This document shows, piece after piece, positions 49,544-62,194 of a stretch of 64,000 nt of DNA. The notes beneath the pieces were generated by a model. That model ran no database searches and had not been told where the DNA came from. It was given only the letters and a program-made list of their open reading frames with translations. Position 1 is the stretch's first letter. Each line of letters opens with the position of its first letter. The stretch is from an uncultured Chloroflexia bacterium (GTDB lineage: Bacteria > Chloroflexota > Limnocylindria > Limnocylindrales > CSP1-4). A program made the position numbers and the translations under genes. The stretch covers positions 160,001-224,000 of the forward strand of contig CAWEZH010000002.1 of the NCBI GenBank assembly GCA_963813535.1, in the 5' to 3' direction.

Positions 49544-50760
49544 ACCGGTTCGATCATCTCGAGCGGGACCTCGCGGCCTGGTTCGTCGACGTCTCGTCGC
49601 CGCGCGACCCCGATCTCACCGACGACATCCTCCGGCTGACCGCGGGCATGCGCCAGCGGCCGCGCTGGAGCTTCCCCGAAAGGTGGCTTCCCATGAGCGT
49701 CATCACGCTCGCTCGCCGGTCCATCCGGCCCGTCCCCTGGCGGACGGTCGCCTTGATCGCCCTCCTCGCGCTCCTTCTCGCCGCCGGTCTGGCGCTGTAC
49801 GCCGGTAGTCAGCCACGCCCTGCGCCGATGCTCGGTCTCGCCGCCAGCGGCCTCGTCGCCTACGAGACCGATGGCGACATCTTCACGGTGGATCCCGTCA
49901 GCGGCGCGCGGACGGCCGTGATCGTCGGTGCTGAGCAAGACCGCGGTCCGCGCTTCTCCCTCGACGGCACACGCCTGGTGTTCCTGCGCGCTGGCCCGAG
50001 TGGCGACATCCCGGTGGTGGCCGACGCCGACGGCCGACACGTGCTCGTCACGAACACGACCGGACTCACCGGTGCCGATCCTGATTCGATCATGTGGTCG
50101 CCAGACGGGCGGTCGGTGGCGATGCTCGCCGGCGCGGAAGGTGCCGTGAAGATCCATGTGATCGATGCCATCGATGGCGGCGTGCGGGAGCTGCCGATGG
50201 ACTACCTCGACGGCGAGATCTACTGGCGGCCACCGGACGGTCGTGCGTTCATGTTCGTGAGCGGATCGGATCTCGCGAACGAACTGTCGCTCTACTCGCT
50301 CGATACCGGCGCGATCGAGACGCTAGCGGTGCCTGACAGGCCGGGTGGCATCATCCGGCCATCGGGATGGACCGCCGACGGTCACAAGTTCGCGTACTTC
50401 GAGAGCGACGATCGCAGCGCGGGGACCCACGTGGTGGACGTCGTCAGTGGGGACTCGGCGATCTTCAACGTCGGCTACGGCGAGCTCTCGAACGACGGAA
50501 CCCGCCTGGTGGGTCTGAACGGGGACGCCACCCACACGTGGCTGTGCGTGGTGCCCGCGCGCGGAGGGTCATGCACGGCCATCACCGCTCCCTATAACGA
50601 TCCGTGGGGTTGGAACTACTGGTGGTCACCCGATGACCAGTCCATCCTCACGAAGCGGTCCGACGGCGCGATATTCGTCCTCGATCCAGCCGGGGGACAG
50701 CAGGTCCAGCCAGATTGGATCAAGGATGGCGGTGAGTCCTGGCAGCGCAGGGCACCCTGA
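49540..50760 (+). CDS. Putative anti-sigma membrane protein with TolB/PD40 beta-propeller
   Basis: ATGA overlap with the sigma gene, TM VALIALLALLLAAGLAL, FSLDG/WSPDG repeats. Confidence 0.75.
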   Translation: MNRFDHLERDLAAWFVDVSSPRDPDLTDDILRLTAGMRQRPRWSFPERWLPMSVITLARRSIRPVPWRTVALIALLALLLAAGLALYAGSQPRPAPMLGLAASGLVAYETDGDIFTVDPVSGARTAVIVGAEQDRGPRFSLDGTRLVFLRAGPSGDIPVVADADGRHVLVTNTTGLTGADPDSIMWSPDGRSVAMLAGAEGAVKIHVIDAIDGGVRELPMDYLDGEIYWRPPDGRAFMFVSGSDLANELSLYSLDTGAIETLAVPDRPGGIIRPSGWTADGHKFAYFESDDRSAGTHVVDVVSGDSAIFNVGYGELSNDGTRLVGLNGDATHTWLCVVPARGGSCTAITAPYNDPWGWNYWWSPDDQSILTKRSDGAIFVLDPAGGQQVQPDWIKDGGESWQRRAP

Positions 50761-50911
50761 TCTCGTCTGGGCGGTCGACCGTTGCTCGCGGTCGACCGTC
50801 CGCTTCGATCGCTCTACCCTCGGCAGCCGGCCGGCCTGATCGCTTCGACCGACCGGCCTACCATCTCCTGACGCTGATCATGCCCGAGGGATCAGCCAGG
50901 AGGTCGATCGG

Positions 50912-51496
50912 ATGGCAAAGATCGTCGCGTTCATCAGCGTCACGCTCGATGGGGTGATGCAGGCGCCCGGCCGGCCCGACGAGGACACGCGCGGTGGCTT
51001 CGAGCACGGCGGGTGGGCGACGAAATACGCCGACGAGGACTCCGGCAAGTTCGCCGCCGAGGGGATGGCGACGACCGGGGCGCTGCTTCTCGGGCGCCGG
51101 ACCTACGAGGACCTGCTGACGTCGTGGAACGAACAGGGCGGCCCGTTCAAGGACATGCTCAACAACACCCCGAAGTACGTCGCCTCGACGACCCTTGCCG
51201 AGCCACTGCCGTGGCCCAACTCGACGCTGCTCGAGGGTGATGCTGTCGAGGCTGTCGCTCGACTCCGAGATGAACCGGGCAAGGACATCGTCGTGCTCGG
51301 CAGTGGCGACCTACTGCGGAGCTTGATGCGCCGCCGACTCGTCGACCGGTTCGTGCTCCTGGTCCATCCCTTGGTGCTCGGGTCGGGGCAGCGGTTGTTC
51401 GATGACGGCGTGCCGGACGCCGATCTGCGCCTCGAGGACTCCAAGACGACGTCGACCGGCGTGATCGCCGCGACCTACACCACCGAACGCGGGTAG
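50912..51496 (+). CDS. Dihydrofolate reductase family (RibD C-terminal) protein
   Basis: SVTLDGVMQAPG, LLLGRRTYE, PKYVAS, HPLVLGSGQRLF. Confidence 0.9.
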   Translation: MAKIVAFISVTLDGVMQAPGRPDEDTRGGFEHGGWATKYADEDSGKFAAEGMATTGALLLGRRTYEDLLTSWNEQGGPFKDMLNNTPKYVASTTLAEPLPWPNSTLLEGDAVEAVARLRDEPGKDIVVLGSGDLLRSLMRRRLVDRFVLLVHPLVLGSGQRLFDDGVPDADLRLEDSKTTSTGVIAATYTTERG

Positions 51497-51571
51497 TGGG
51501 ACCGGTGATCGGCGGCTTGGCGCTGCGCGTAACCACGTGAGTGGCAGGGCTCCTCGGCCATCGGAAAAGGT

Positions 51572-52045
51572 CTAACCCGGTTCGCGCTCCGCTCGCGCCT
51601 TCAGGTCCGTCGCGTACCGCCCGAAGATCGGGCTGAAGTCCGGCAGCCGCCCGGCGATCATGGGGAGCATCGGGCCACTGAAGACCTCCGTCATCTCGAA
51701 ACGTGTGGAGCGGCCATCCTGCGCGGGTGTCAACGTGTAGGTCCTGACACCGACGAACAGCGGATTGCCCTCGCGCCACTCCATCATCCGGTTGGCTTCG
51801 AACCGCGTGACCTTCGGCGCGAACGTTCTCCCCGGTGCCTCGGGCACCTCCATCTTCACGGTCCCGCCGAGCTCGATCCGGCCCTCGATGCTCGTCAGGG
51901 TGGAGTTCCAATCCGTCATGCCGGGCGCATCGGTGAGGAGCGCCCAGACGCGCTCGACAGGTGCGTGGATGTCGGTCCCGACCGAGCACTCCATCCGGAA
52001 CGTCGATCTCGACGCATGAGCCTTGATCGAGCCCGATCCGGTCAT
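51572..52045 (-). CDS. SRPBCC domain protein
   Basis: IHAPVERVWALLTDA..WNST..EVFSG. Confidence 0.8.
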   Translation of the reverse strand: MTGSGSIKAHASRSTFRMECSVGTDIHAPVERVWALLTDAPGMTDWNSTLTSIEGRIELGGTVKMEVPEAPGRTFAPKVTRFEANRMMEWREGNPLFVGVRTYTLTPAQDGRSTRFEMTEVFSGPMLPMIAGRLPDFSPIFGRYATDLKARAEREPG

Positions 52046-52091
52046 CTCAGCAGGATACGCCGACCCCTTCGGGACCTTCGACGCCGAGCCT

Positions 52092-52379
52092 TTAGGCCCG
52101 GGACATCGGGATCCGATCGCGGTTCGTGTACGCGCCACCTGACCAGGAGAACACGTCGAACGCGATCCCGATGACGATCCAGACGTAGTCGAAGCCCGTG
52201 ATTCCGGCCGGGTACACGAGGACGAACATCAGGGTCGTCCACGGCGCGACAAGGAAGCCGGCGAGCGCCCAGAGGAACGAATCGAACGCCGCGTTCCAGC
52301 GCACTGGCTCGAGGACGTACCAGATCAGGATGGCGGCCCGCGGGCCGAACGCGAACAGGGCAGCGATCATGCAGCACAT
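52092..52379 (-). CDS. Small membrane protein
   Basis: RBS GGAG. MCCMIAALFAFGPR..GFLVAPWTTL; three hydrophobic segments. Confidence 0.7.
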   Translation of the reverse strand: MCCMIAALFAFGPRAAILIWYVLEPVRWNAAFDSFLWALAGFLVAPWTTLMFVLVYPAGITGFDYVWIVIGIAFDVFSWSGGAYTNRDRIPMSRA

Positions 52380-52492
52380 GTGGTTCAAGGCTCCTACTCT
52401 CTCCGCCCCCTGGCGTCGATGCGGGTCAGCCACGAGTGTGCCCGTTCCTCGCCGGCGAAACACGGTCGGCGCGCGGTGCGGTCGAGGCTGAC

Positions 52493-55400
52493 TCAGTGGG
52501 CCTGGACCTCCGCCCAGGTCAGCGGGGTCGATGGGTTCACGTCGTGGCTGCCGCCGGATTGCTCGAACCCGAGGTTCCAGAACAGCGCCCCGTCCGATCC
52601 GTACGTGGTCTGCTCGTCGTACAGCCAGGCGTAGTAGTCGGCACGGGTCGCGTCACCGACCGACTGTTGCCAGCCGAATTCCTCTGTGAACCATGGTTTG
52701 TTCAGGCTCCCCGCGAGCGGACCGTAGGTTGGCGTCTGGTGGTCGATCGGCGTGCCGTCCGACGCGTACTGCGGCGGGTAGGTGTGCAGCGACGGCAGCG
52801 TGTTGTCGGCGAGGGCGAAGATCGCCTCGCCGTCGATGCCCGACGAGCCGCCGTACAGCTGCTGCCAATCGAGGTGGATGAGCCCGCCCGTCGAGCGCAG
52901 GTGGTTCGGGTCGATCGATGCGAGATAGCCGAGTGTCCGCTCATAGAAGTCGGTCAGGCCGGCCGTCGACGTCGCTTTGCCGCATTCCTCGGAGGCTGGC
53001 GGCAGCGGCTCGCCAGCGATCGATATGACCGCGATCGTCGCGTCGTCGCGATAGCGGACGCCGTTCACCGAGTTGATCCGGCCGATGACGAAGTCGAGGA
53101 ACGCCTCCCACTCCGCCTCGAGGCCGGGGCGGTATGGATCGATCGTCGTGTAATCCACTGGCGATCGATTCGCGCCCGGCTGACACGCCGATACCCACCC
53201 GTTCGCCCGGATGTCGCGGTTGACGAGGTGGTTGCGGAAGGCGGAGAGGTCGAGCACGACGCGCATGCCGGCTCCGCGCGCTCGGGCGAGCAGCTGGTCG
53301 ACCCGTTGCCAGTTCGCCGCGACGGTGGGTGCCCCAGCACTCGTGCCATCCTCGACGAACGGGTTGACGATCCGTAGCGAGTTGAGTCCGGCTTCGGTGG
53401 CGAGGGCGACGGTCCGCGCGGGCGGGTTCGGCGCGCCGGGGTTGGAGGTGCCGTAGATGGCCGCCCCGTGGAACCGGAATGGCTGGCCACCGACCGTCAA
53501 CGCGTCGCCCGACGCGATGACGAACGGCATGGCCGTTGCCGTGGTGACCGTGATCGTGCGCGTCACGGCCGGCGCGAGGCTTGTACACCGCGTCGCCGGC
53601 CTGGGCGCCCCGGATCCGGCACGTCCCGGCCTTCTTCAGGGTCACGACGTCGCCACTGACCGTGCAGACGGCGGCCGTCGTCGACGTCAGCGTGACCGGC
53701 AGCCCGGATGACGCGAACGGGGTAAGGACGACCGTCGGGACCAGCATCGACTGCGGGCCAGGGTCGGGGATCGTGATGGTCTGCGCGGCCTTCGCCACCG
53801 TGAACGAGCGGTTGATAGCCGGGGCGGCTGCATAGATCGCGTCGCCGGCCTGTGTCGCGCGGATCGTGCACGTGCCCGCGGCGAGCAGGCTGATGTCGAA
53901 ACCGCTGACGGAGCAGACCGTTGGGGTCGTCGATGCCAGCGTGACCGGCAGGCCGGAGCTGGCGGTCGGAGCCACCGTGATCGGTGACTCGATGAGGGTC
54001 GCGTTCGGCGGCTTCACGAAGGTGATCGACTGGGCGACCTTCGAGACCGTAAACGAGCGGGTCACCGGGTTCGCGGCGCGATAGACGGTGTTACCTGGCT
54101 GCGTCGCCGTGAGCGTGCAGGTCCCAGGCCCGAGCAGCGTCACGGAGAAGCCGCTGACCGTGCAGATGGCCTGCGTAGTCGATGTCAAGGCCACCGGCAG
54201 TCCCGAACTGGCTGTCGGAGCCACGGTCACCGGCGATTGGGCCATGGTCTTGGCGCCCGGGTTGGGGAACGTGATCGTCTGGGTGAGTTGGCTGACGGTG
54301 AATGCGCGGGTGACCGGGTTCGCCGGCCGATAGGTCAGGTTGCCGGGCTGGGTCGCCGTGATCGAGCAGCTGCCGGCGGTCAGGAGCGTGATGACGAATC
54401 CGTCGACCGTGCACACGGCGGTCGTCGTCGAGGTGAGTGTCACCGGCAGACCCGAGCTGGCCGTCGGCGCGACCGTCACCGGCGATTGGGTCAGGTTCTT
54501 GGGACCGGGGTTCGGGAACGTGATCGTCTGGTTCAGTTGCGGTCCGGGTGTGACCGCGTTGGACGGTGCTGATGCGGGCCCGGGGCCGGCGGCGTTGGTC
54601 GCGCGAACCGTGAACGTGTACGAGGTGCCGTTCGTGAGGCCAGTGACGACCGCAGTCGTCGTCGAACCACCGACCGTCGCGGTCATGCCGCCCGGGCTGG
54701 AGGTGACTGTGTACCCGGTGATCGGGCTGCCGCCATCGCTGGCGGGGGCCGTCCACGAGACGCCCGCCTGGGCGTTGCCGCGCACCGCCGTGATGCCCGT
54801 TGGCGCGCCGGGTGCGGTAGCTGTCGGCGCGGAGCCGACGGTCCAGCTGCTGGCCGCGCTGCTGAGCACGGTGATCCGGGCGTCGCCTTGATTCGCGCCG
54901 CCCGATAGGGTCTCTCGTAGGCTCACGCATGGGTTCGGTGTCGCCGGGTCGTCGGCACCGCTCGTCGTGCATGGGCTGACCGGGACGCCGTTCCGGAATA
55001 CCGCGACGGTCGTGGCGGTCAGATCGGGGTCGACCGATGTGAGCGTCGCCTGGTCGATCGTGAACACAACGGTGAGCGGGTTGGCCGTGTTTGCGGCCGG
55101 TGCGGTGATGTCGAGCTGCGTGCCGATGAACGTGTAGCCCGAGCCGGATGGTGGCGGACCTGGTGGATCAACCTCGGTGATCGTGATCGGGCCGGGGTTC
55201 GGACTGGTCACGCTGACCGTGACTTGCTGCTGCGCGGTCGCCGCGCCGGTCGGCCGGATCTTGAGTGCGATGTCGCGGGTGAACGCCGGGAGGGCGACGG
55301 TCAGCGTCCCGCCGTTGGCGACGGCGAGTCGGGAGTCGTCCATCGGCGCCACGCCCCACGGGTCGTGCACCTCGATCCGGTAGGTCCCGTTCGCGAAGCC

Positions 55401-58400
55401 GCCGATGCCGATCGACGCGCCGCTGATGGTTCGGCCGGTCTGGTCGCCCGGTCCGACGCCGCTGCCGTACTCGTTCTGGGCGTCACGGATCCAGGCGAAG
55501 CCGTGGCTCCCGTCATCGAGACCGAGCGCGATGACACTGGCCGGAGCGCTGATGGTCGACGTTGTCGAGGCCCATACCCGCGAGGTCCTCGCCGGCGAAG
55601 AAGTCACGCAACGGCGGGTTGATGCGCTCGTTCAGCGGGAACTCGGGCGCGTTTCGATGCTTGCTTGGCTCGTTGCGGATGTAGTTGCCCCACCACCAGG
55701 ACATGGCCCCGGATCCCGACATGGCCGACGCCCACGCCGAGTTGTGCAGGGCGGTCCCTTGGACGAGATGGGCGATGCGATCGGGCGAAAGGCCGGACGT
55801 GGTCGGGTCGAAGCCGGGCTCAGGATCGCCCTGGAGCCCGAACTCGCCGATGATCACCGGCTTGTCATAGGTCGCATTCAGGTCCACGGCATAGCCGCGG
55901 AACCGCTGGTCACGTCCGCTGAGCGCGCCGTAGTCGTGGACTTGGACGAGGTCGATGTTCGGATCCGCCCAGATCGCCTGGGCGCTCGTATCGATGTCCG
56001 AGCTCGTGGTGATCAGGTGGTCATAGGGGTCGAGTGACCGCAGGTACGCGGCCATCTCGGCGTGCCAGGCGACGAGGTCGTCCCGGACTTGCTGGCTGCC
56101 GAACGGGTTCTTGTCGGATCGCCCGATGAACTGCGTCTCGTTGAACAGCTCCCACGCCAGGATGTCGCGGTACGCACCGTAGCGGGCCACGAGGTAGCGA
56201 AGCCGGTGCTTGAAGAGCTGCTTCGCAGTCGGGTCGCTGAAGAATGCGGCCGGGTCGTCAGCCGGTACGGGTCCACCGTTGTCGGCGTTGTAGGGGTTGC
56301 CGTCCCAGCGCGGGTTGACCCAACTGCTGAACTGCCCGTGGTCGTTGAGGACGAGCTGGATCTCGAGGCCGTATTGCTCGGCGAGATCGAGGATCTGCTC
56401 CACTCGGAAAGCCGGGATGTCGCCGTACCGCCCGACCCCCTGGTACTGCCCCGAGAAGTGGCTGGCCGACCACTCCAGCGTCGTGATGTAGAAGTCGGTC
56501 ATCCAGACGCGGGCCCAGTTCTGGCCAGCCGCCTGCATCGACTGGAAGTGGGGTTCGTAGTAGTGGCTGCCGTCGTTGAATGGGTTGCCGTCACCGAACG
56601 CCACGTTCTGGCCCATCGGGTAGTAGGGCGTCCCGTCGCTGTAGCGCAGGAATCGATCGTCACGCGGGTCGCGCTCGATCTGACCCTTGGCCGACGACGC
56701 GGTCACCGCGAACGTCAGCTGGGCCGAGACCTTGGTCGAGGTCTGGCCGGGTCGTTTGTCCTGGGCACGCAGCGTGTACCGCCACGTGCCGGTCTCGTCC
56801 GGCGAGAACCGTGCGTGCCAGACACCCGACTCCGTCCCGGCCACCGGGTCGTACAGCTCCGATCCGCCGATTCCGGTCCCGGGTCTGAGCGTGTAGTCGG
56901 TACCGAAGAACGCCGGCACGGTGTAGGAGGCTCCGCTGGGCGCCCGGAACGTCGCCGTGACGTCGATGACCGCGGGATCGTGGACCTCGTCCGCGGCATA
57001 CGATCGGTTGAGGGTGAACTCCTTCTCGAACCGCCCGTACGTGGCGACGCTGGCTGCGGCCGGCCGGCTCGTGTCGATCGTCAGACCAGGTGTCGGCGGC
57101 GGGACGTTCGTCGGGACGAGGAGCAGGGCGCGATCTTGGAATCCGGCTGTCTGCCCTCTTGCCAGGATCGTCCCATCGTCTGCGATCTCGACGGCGACCG
57201 AGATGACGGCCTCATAGCCCGACGGGATCTTCGTGGTGAGGTCGACGAGCTGCCCATCCGTGAACAGGTACCCACGGATCGAGGTTTCCGTACTCGCGTA
57301 GCCCACGACATCACCGGGTTCGTTGATGTCCATGGATGTGGCGAACGTGCCGCCCATCCCCGGGATCAGCGAGAACGTCGCGTCCTCGTACATGAATGCG
57401 CGGCGATCCCCTGAGCCGTCGACATAGGAACCGGCGATCGCTCCCCCCTCATTGATGGCGATGCCCTCGCTCAGAGTCGAACCGGGAGGGGCGACGCTCG
57501 TGATCGTTCCGTTGGAGTAGCGGAAGGCATGGTTCGCCTGCGTCGGCGTCGACGAGGTACCGACTATCTCCCCGGATCCGTTGATGTCGAAGGGTGCGGT
57601 GAGCGACCCCGCCGAGGCTGCCGAGATCAGTGGTCGTCGTCCCGTCGGACACAAACCCACGGAACGTGCCGTTCGTCGGGGAATAGTTGCCGATGACGGT
57701 CCCCGATTCGTTGACGTCCGTGGCGATCGAGCTAACGCCCCCAAGGGTGTGGAGATCCCTCATGGCACCGTCGCGGTAGAGGAAGGCATGTCGTGCACCA
57801 CCGGAGGCGTCCGCCACGCCGACGACGTCGCCAGCGTCATTCAGGTCCTGCGCGAAGCTCGTCGGACCTCCCAATGTGCCCAAGGGGTGGACGGTCCCGT
57901 CGTATGTGAATGCCCCCAGACCGCCGCCGGTGTTCTGATTGCCGGCCACGGTGCCGTTGTCGTTGATGGCGACGCCGTAGGACTCCGTGAAGCCCGAGAA
58001 GATGTACGACGCCGTCGTCCCGTCGTAGACCCACGCGCGCCCGCTGCTGTTCCCCGTGACCTGGCGAGAGGCGTTCATGTCGGCCGGCGAGATATCGCCA
58101 CCCCCGGCATCGACGGCGCCCGCGATATCGATCACGTCGTAGTCGGCCGAGGGCCGAGTACCAGGCACGAGCAGGATGGCCTGGCCATTCCGGCCGAATC
58201 CGAGGATGTGCCCCGAGTCGGAGATCGCCTGGGCGTTCTCGACTTCCACGGAATGCGGAGGCAGTAGGTCATTGATGTCGTACATGACGCCGTCGTCGAT
58301 GACGAAGCCGTGCAGGTGGGTCGCGTCGATGTAGGACGAGCCGACGATCTGGCCTTGCTCGTTGATCCCCGCGGCGAACGATTCATTGCCGCCTGGCAGG

Positions 58401-59317
58401 GTCCCAAGGTCGATCAGGCCGGATCCGTCCCATCGAGCGGCACGGAACTTGCCGGCCGAGTTCTGCGCCGACACGACCACTCCGCCGGCGTCGTTCAGTG
58501 CAGCGCCACTCGTCCAGTTCCCGCCCGGCAGCGTGCCGAGGTCCGTCGCCGACGTCCCGTCCCAGAGGACGGCGCGGTTCGTGTTGGGAGGGATGGTGAC
58601 CGAGCCGAGGACGTGACCTGCCTCATTCATGTCGACGACGCTTGCCGAGGAGAAGGCCCCACCGCCGATGTCCTGGGGCACGCCGTTCTGCCAGGCGACG
58701 AGATGCATGTTCCCGTCGGTGCCTCGCGCGCTGCCGGCGATCAGCCCGGCATTGTTGATCTTGGTGGCGTTCTCGTAGTCGCCCCCGAAGCTGGCGAGTG
58801 GCGTCGTCTCGGTCCCGTCGTTCGTCCACGATCGACTCTCGCCGTTGGCAAGGAACGACGTACCGACGACCGTCGTCCCGGCGTCATCGATGTCGTAGGC
58901 GACGTCACCGGCTGTCCCTTCCAGACCTGCGACTGGCGTGGCCGTGGTCCCGTCGACCCGCACGGCGTGCAGTGGATCGCTACCGGTGAAACCGACCATC
59001 GAGCCCGCCGAGTTGATCGCGAACGGCGTGCCGCCGCCCGCGGCGGGGATCTTCTGGATCGTCGTGCCGTTGACGCGAGCGAAGCCCTGGTTCCCCTGGT
59101 TCGTCACGCCAAACTGCCCCGCGACCACGCCGCTCTCGTTGAGCGCGGTCGAACCGGTGATGCCATGGACGAGTCCGAGGGCGATCGCGTAGTAGGGGGG
59201 CGGCGTCGCCGCCTTCACCGGGCTCGCAGCCGGCGTGACGGTCAGGACCGTCAACGCGGAAAGCGTCGTACTGAGCAGGGCGACCAACCACAGCGGTGCG
59301 CGCTCGCGACCAGACAT
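52493..59317 (-). CDS. Giant secreted protein: HAF repeats, DUF5060-like domain, clan GH-A domain, FN3, four Ig-like repeats, C-terminal GH5-like domain (three frameshifts)
   Basis: Joined from ORFs 57449-59404, 55513-57744, 52941-55607, 52493-53566. DLGTLPGG/RHAFLY repeats; WELFNE and IGEFG; GLTNGTSYTFTVRATN; SIAGEP and TEEFG. Confidence 0.75.
53550..54535 (-). repeat. Four tandem ~84-aa Ig-like coding repeats
   Basis: QTITFP.P..ASSGLPVTL.STT..VCTV.G..AGTC...TQ.G..Y repeated four times. Confidence 0.85.
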
Positions 59318-59464
59318 CGTCCCCTCCGTCAACCCGATGCAGTCGTGCGTATGCGTGGCGCAATCGCGCGCCCGCAGTTGCGGCATTGTGCGCCCCCGGC
59401 GCAACCCCGATCTGGTGGATCCGCGGCGACTCGACGAGGCGCTTCTAGACCTTCGGTGGTCGGG

Positions 59465-61013
59465 TCAGCCTGCGCCGGTTCCTCGAGCCTCGGATCGCCT
59501 CAGGTAGAGCACGGCCGGGCCGTCGTCGAACGGTGCCGTGAACGCGATGGAGCCCGTTTGATCGACAGTCACCGCCTCGGCCGAATCGGTCTGTCGTGCC
59601 GTGACGCTGAACCACTCGACGTCGTACGAGCCGGGCTCGAGCCGGACCGTGAACGGCTCACCGTCACCGGTCGGCTCGAGGACGAGGTACTCGCTTCCGG
59701 GGGAGGCAATGGCGAAACCGGTCGACGCCAGTTCGCCACTTGGCTCCATCGCGATGAGGTCCATCCACTCCGCGTACCGCCGTGTGTCGCCCATGGCGTA
59801 CCTCGCGGCCTCGAACGCCGCGAATGGCGACGATCCAGCGACGGCGGCCTCGCCATCGGGCGCATCGAACACGCCCATCAACCCAAAGTCCATGAGGATC
59901 GGGTGGTGGCCGCGGAGGAACGACTTCCAGGCCCACAGCGCGTCGCCCTGGCCCGGGGCGTAGTGGTCGGTGTCGGTGATGATGACCTTGGCGCCGTCGG
60001 CCGGCGGCGGATCGTCGAACCATCGCGACGGCGGCGAGCCGGGTGCCGCGGGATGACCGCCATCCTTGAACTTCTCGTCGTCGTAGCCCGGTGAGATCCA
60101 CTCGGCTCGACTCTTGAGCAACGGCTCGTTGACTCTGCGTCTGGTCGGCGACCGGGAACTGCATCGTCATCCCATGGGGTGCGCGTCATAGCCGACGTTC
60201 GGCCTCGTGTCGCTTCACGACATCGATCACCCAGTACTGCCACTGGGTCGAGTCGCCCCAGACCGGCGGCTCGTCCATGCCGAGGAAGCCTGCGAACTCC
60301 TTGTCCACCTGACCGTCGCCGGAGGACTCGTTCGCCACCTCCCAGAGCACATTGGGCAGGTCGTGCAGCGTGTCGACGACCTTCCTGATGTACGCCTCCT
60401 CGATCGACGAGATCCTCGGGTCGAGCGGGAGGACCTGCAGGTCATCGATCGACGTCGCCGCGATCCCATTCGTGTTGTTGCGGGAATGGAACGGGTGGCC
60501 CTCGATGTGGTCCGGCGACGGGCTCAGATGGAGCGCCCACCCGTCGAAGAGGAGCACGCCGACGTAGATCCCGGCATCACGGGCTTCCTCGACCCGTTCG
60601 CGCAGTCGGCTGAAATACGCCGGATCGAACTGGTCGAGGTCGAACCGCGGCTTCCCATCCTTCGCCGTTCCGGGGCCTGTACGTGCCCACGGCTGCGGCG
60701 CCATATTCAGGTGGTACTCGCCGGCGGCGGCTTGCGAGCGGAACTGCTCCCAGCGCCACAGGCGGATGAAGTTGTGCCCGCGCTCGTCGAGGAAGCGCAG
60801 GTACGCGTCGAAATCGAAGCGTTCGGGCTCGGCTGGGCCCTCGGCGCCCGGACCCATGCCGTCCTGGAGGTTGTTCCAGATGTGCGACCCGGTCAGGTAG
60901 ACCGCGCGTCCGGTCGGATCCCCGGCGTGGGTGAAGTAGCGAGGGTTCGTCGCCGAGACCGTCAGCGGACCGGCCATGGTGGTGGGAGCGGTCAGCGTCG
61001 AAGAGGTCGTCAT
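59465..61013 (-). CDS. DUF6298-like glycoside hydrolase with C-terminal beta domain (frameshifted)
   Basis: NPRYF..YLTGSHIW, NFIRLW, VLWEVANE, ITDTDH, WAWKSFLRGH. Confidence 0.7.
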
Positions 61014-61109
61014 AGCACGTCCTTTCCGCCCAATTCTCCCTCCATGACCCGTCGCATGCCTTGCATCGACCTTACGACGGAGGACTGCCGGGCCACGACG
61101 CCACGTCAG

Positions 61110-62132
61110 TTACGACGCTGAGCCGGCGCCGAGCGCGAGGTCGATCGCCTGTTTCGTCGGCATCGACGCGCCGGTGGTGCGGGCTCGTTCGAATGCCTCC
61201 GAGCCCATCGACTCCGGAAGGACCTCCAGCAGGTGCTCGTAGTGCGGCCGCTCATCGGGCGGCCAGGCCATGTGCTGCGCCTCCATCTGTGCCTCGGCGG
61301 CCCCGACCAGGGTCGCGGCTCGGTCGAACTCGCCGCGCTCCGTGGCGATCGACGCGAGCCCGCTGAACGCGAACGGCGTGATGAATCGATCGCCGATGGC
61401 CTCGCTGATCCCGAGGGCATCGCGCGTGAGTGACTCCGCCGCATCGAGGTTGCCAAGCTGGCGTTCGACCATCGCGAGGTTCGCCGCTTCCGAAGCGATC
61501 AGGAACTGGTTGCCCTCCCGGCGCACGAGCGCCAGTCGCTGCGTCATCCAGTCGCGTGCCTCGGGTAGGTCGCCGGCGATCTGGGCACCGACGCCGAGGA
61601 GGTGCAAGGCATTCGATCGGCCCGCTTCATCGGACGCGGCATCGCTCACGTCGAGCGCCTCGCGCGCGATCCGGCGCCCCTCGGCGACATCCGTCCGCAG
61701 GGCGACTCTTGAGAGCCCGCCCAGCGCCTGCGAGGTCATCGGTGCGTCCCCGAGTGCCCGGGCGGCCTCGAGACCGAGCGTGAAGAGCTCGGCGGCGCGC
61801 TCGTCCTGGCCCATCCAGAACGGCATGAAGCCGGCATTGATCAGGGCCTGGCCGCGGATATGGTCGACACCGCCGGGGGAGGCGAGGGCTCGATCGAACC
61901 ACAGCGCACCGTCCTCGAACCGCTGCTTCGTGATCCAGAACCGGTAGAGCGCGTTGGCCATGCGGCGGGCGTCGTCGGCGCGGTCGTGGTCGATGAACCA
62001 TTCGAGTGCGGCGACGAGCTCGTCGTAGTCGCGCTCGAGCTGTTCGAGCGCAGTCTTGGGGTCCGGCCCACGTGAGGCCGAGCCGGCGTCCTCGGCGCGT
62101 GTCAGGAGGTTTTCGGCGGTGGGCGCATCCAT
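61110..62132 (-). CDS. TPR-like helical repeat protein
   Basis: LEQLERDYDELVAALEW, helical repeats, RAATLVGAA..AFERARTTG typical of STAND/LuxR sensor tails. Confidence 0.75.
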   Translation of the reverse strand: MDAPTAENLLTRAEDAGSASRGPDPKTALEQLERDYDELVAALEWFIDHDRADDARRMANALYRFWITKQRFEDGALWFDRALASPGGVDHIRGQALINAGFMPFWMGQDERAAELFTLGLEAARALGDAPMTSQALGGLSRVALRTDVAEGRRIAREALDVSDAASDEAGRSNALHLLGVGAQIAGDLPEARDWMTQRLALVRREGNQFLIASEAANLAMVERQLGNLDAAESLTRDALGISEAIGDRFITPFAFSGLASIATERGEFDRAATLVGAAEAQMEAQHMAWPPDERPHYEHLLEVLPESMGSEAFERARTTGASMPTKQAIDLALGAGSAS

Positions 62133-62194
62133 CCTGGCGATGGTAGGCGTCGGCGACCGCGTGATATGGACGAGACGCGACACATGGAGCCAGC

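Noticed and set aside
50772-50850. GGTCGACC palindromes after the anti-sigma gene as an ncRNA or REP element
   Set aside because: Short GC-rich palindromes with no recognisable RNA family; at most a weak terminator.
58310-60094. Long antisense or alternative-frame ORFs, here and throughout the window
   Set aside because: Shadow ORFs expected in GC-rich DNA: Arg/Pro/Gly-rich, motif-free and overlapping well-supported genes.
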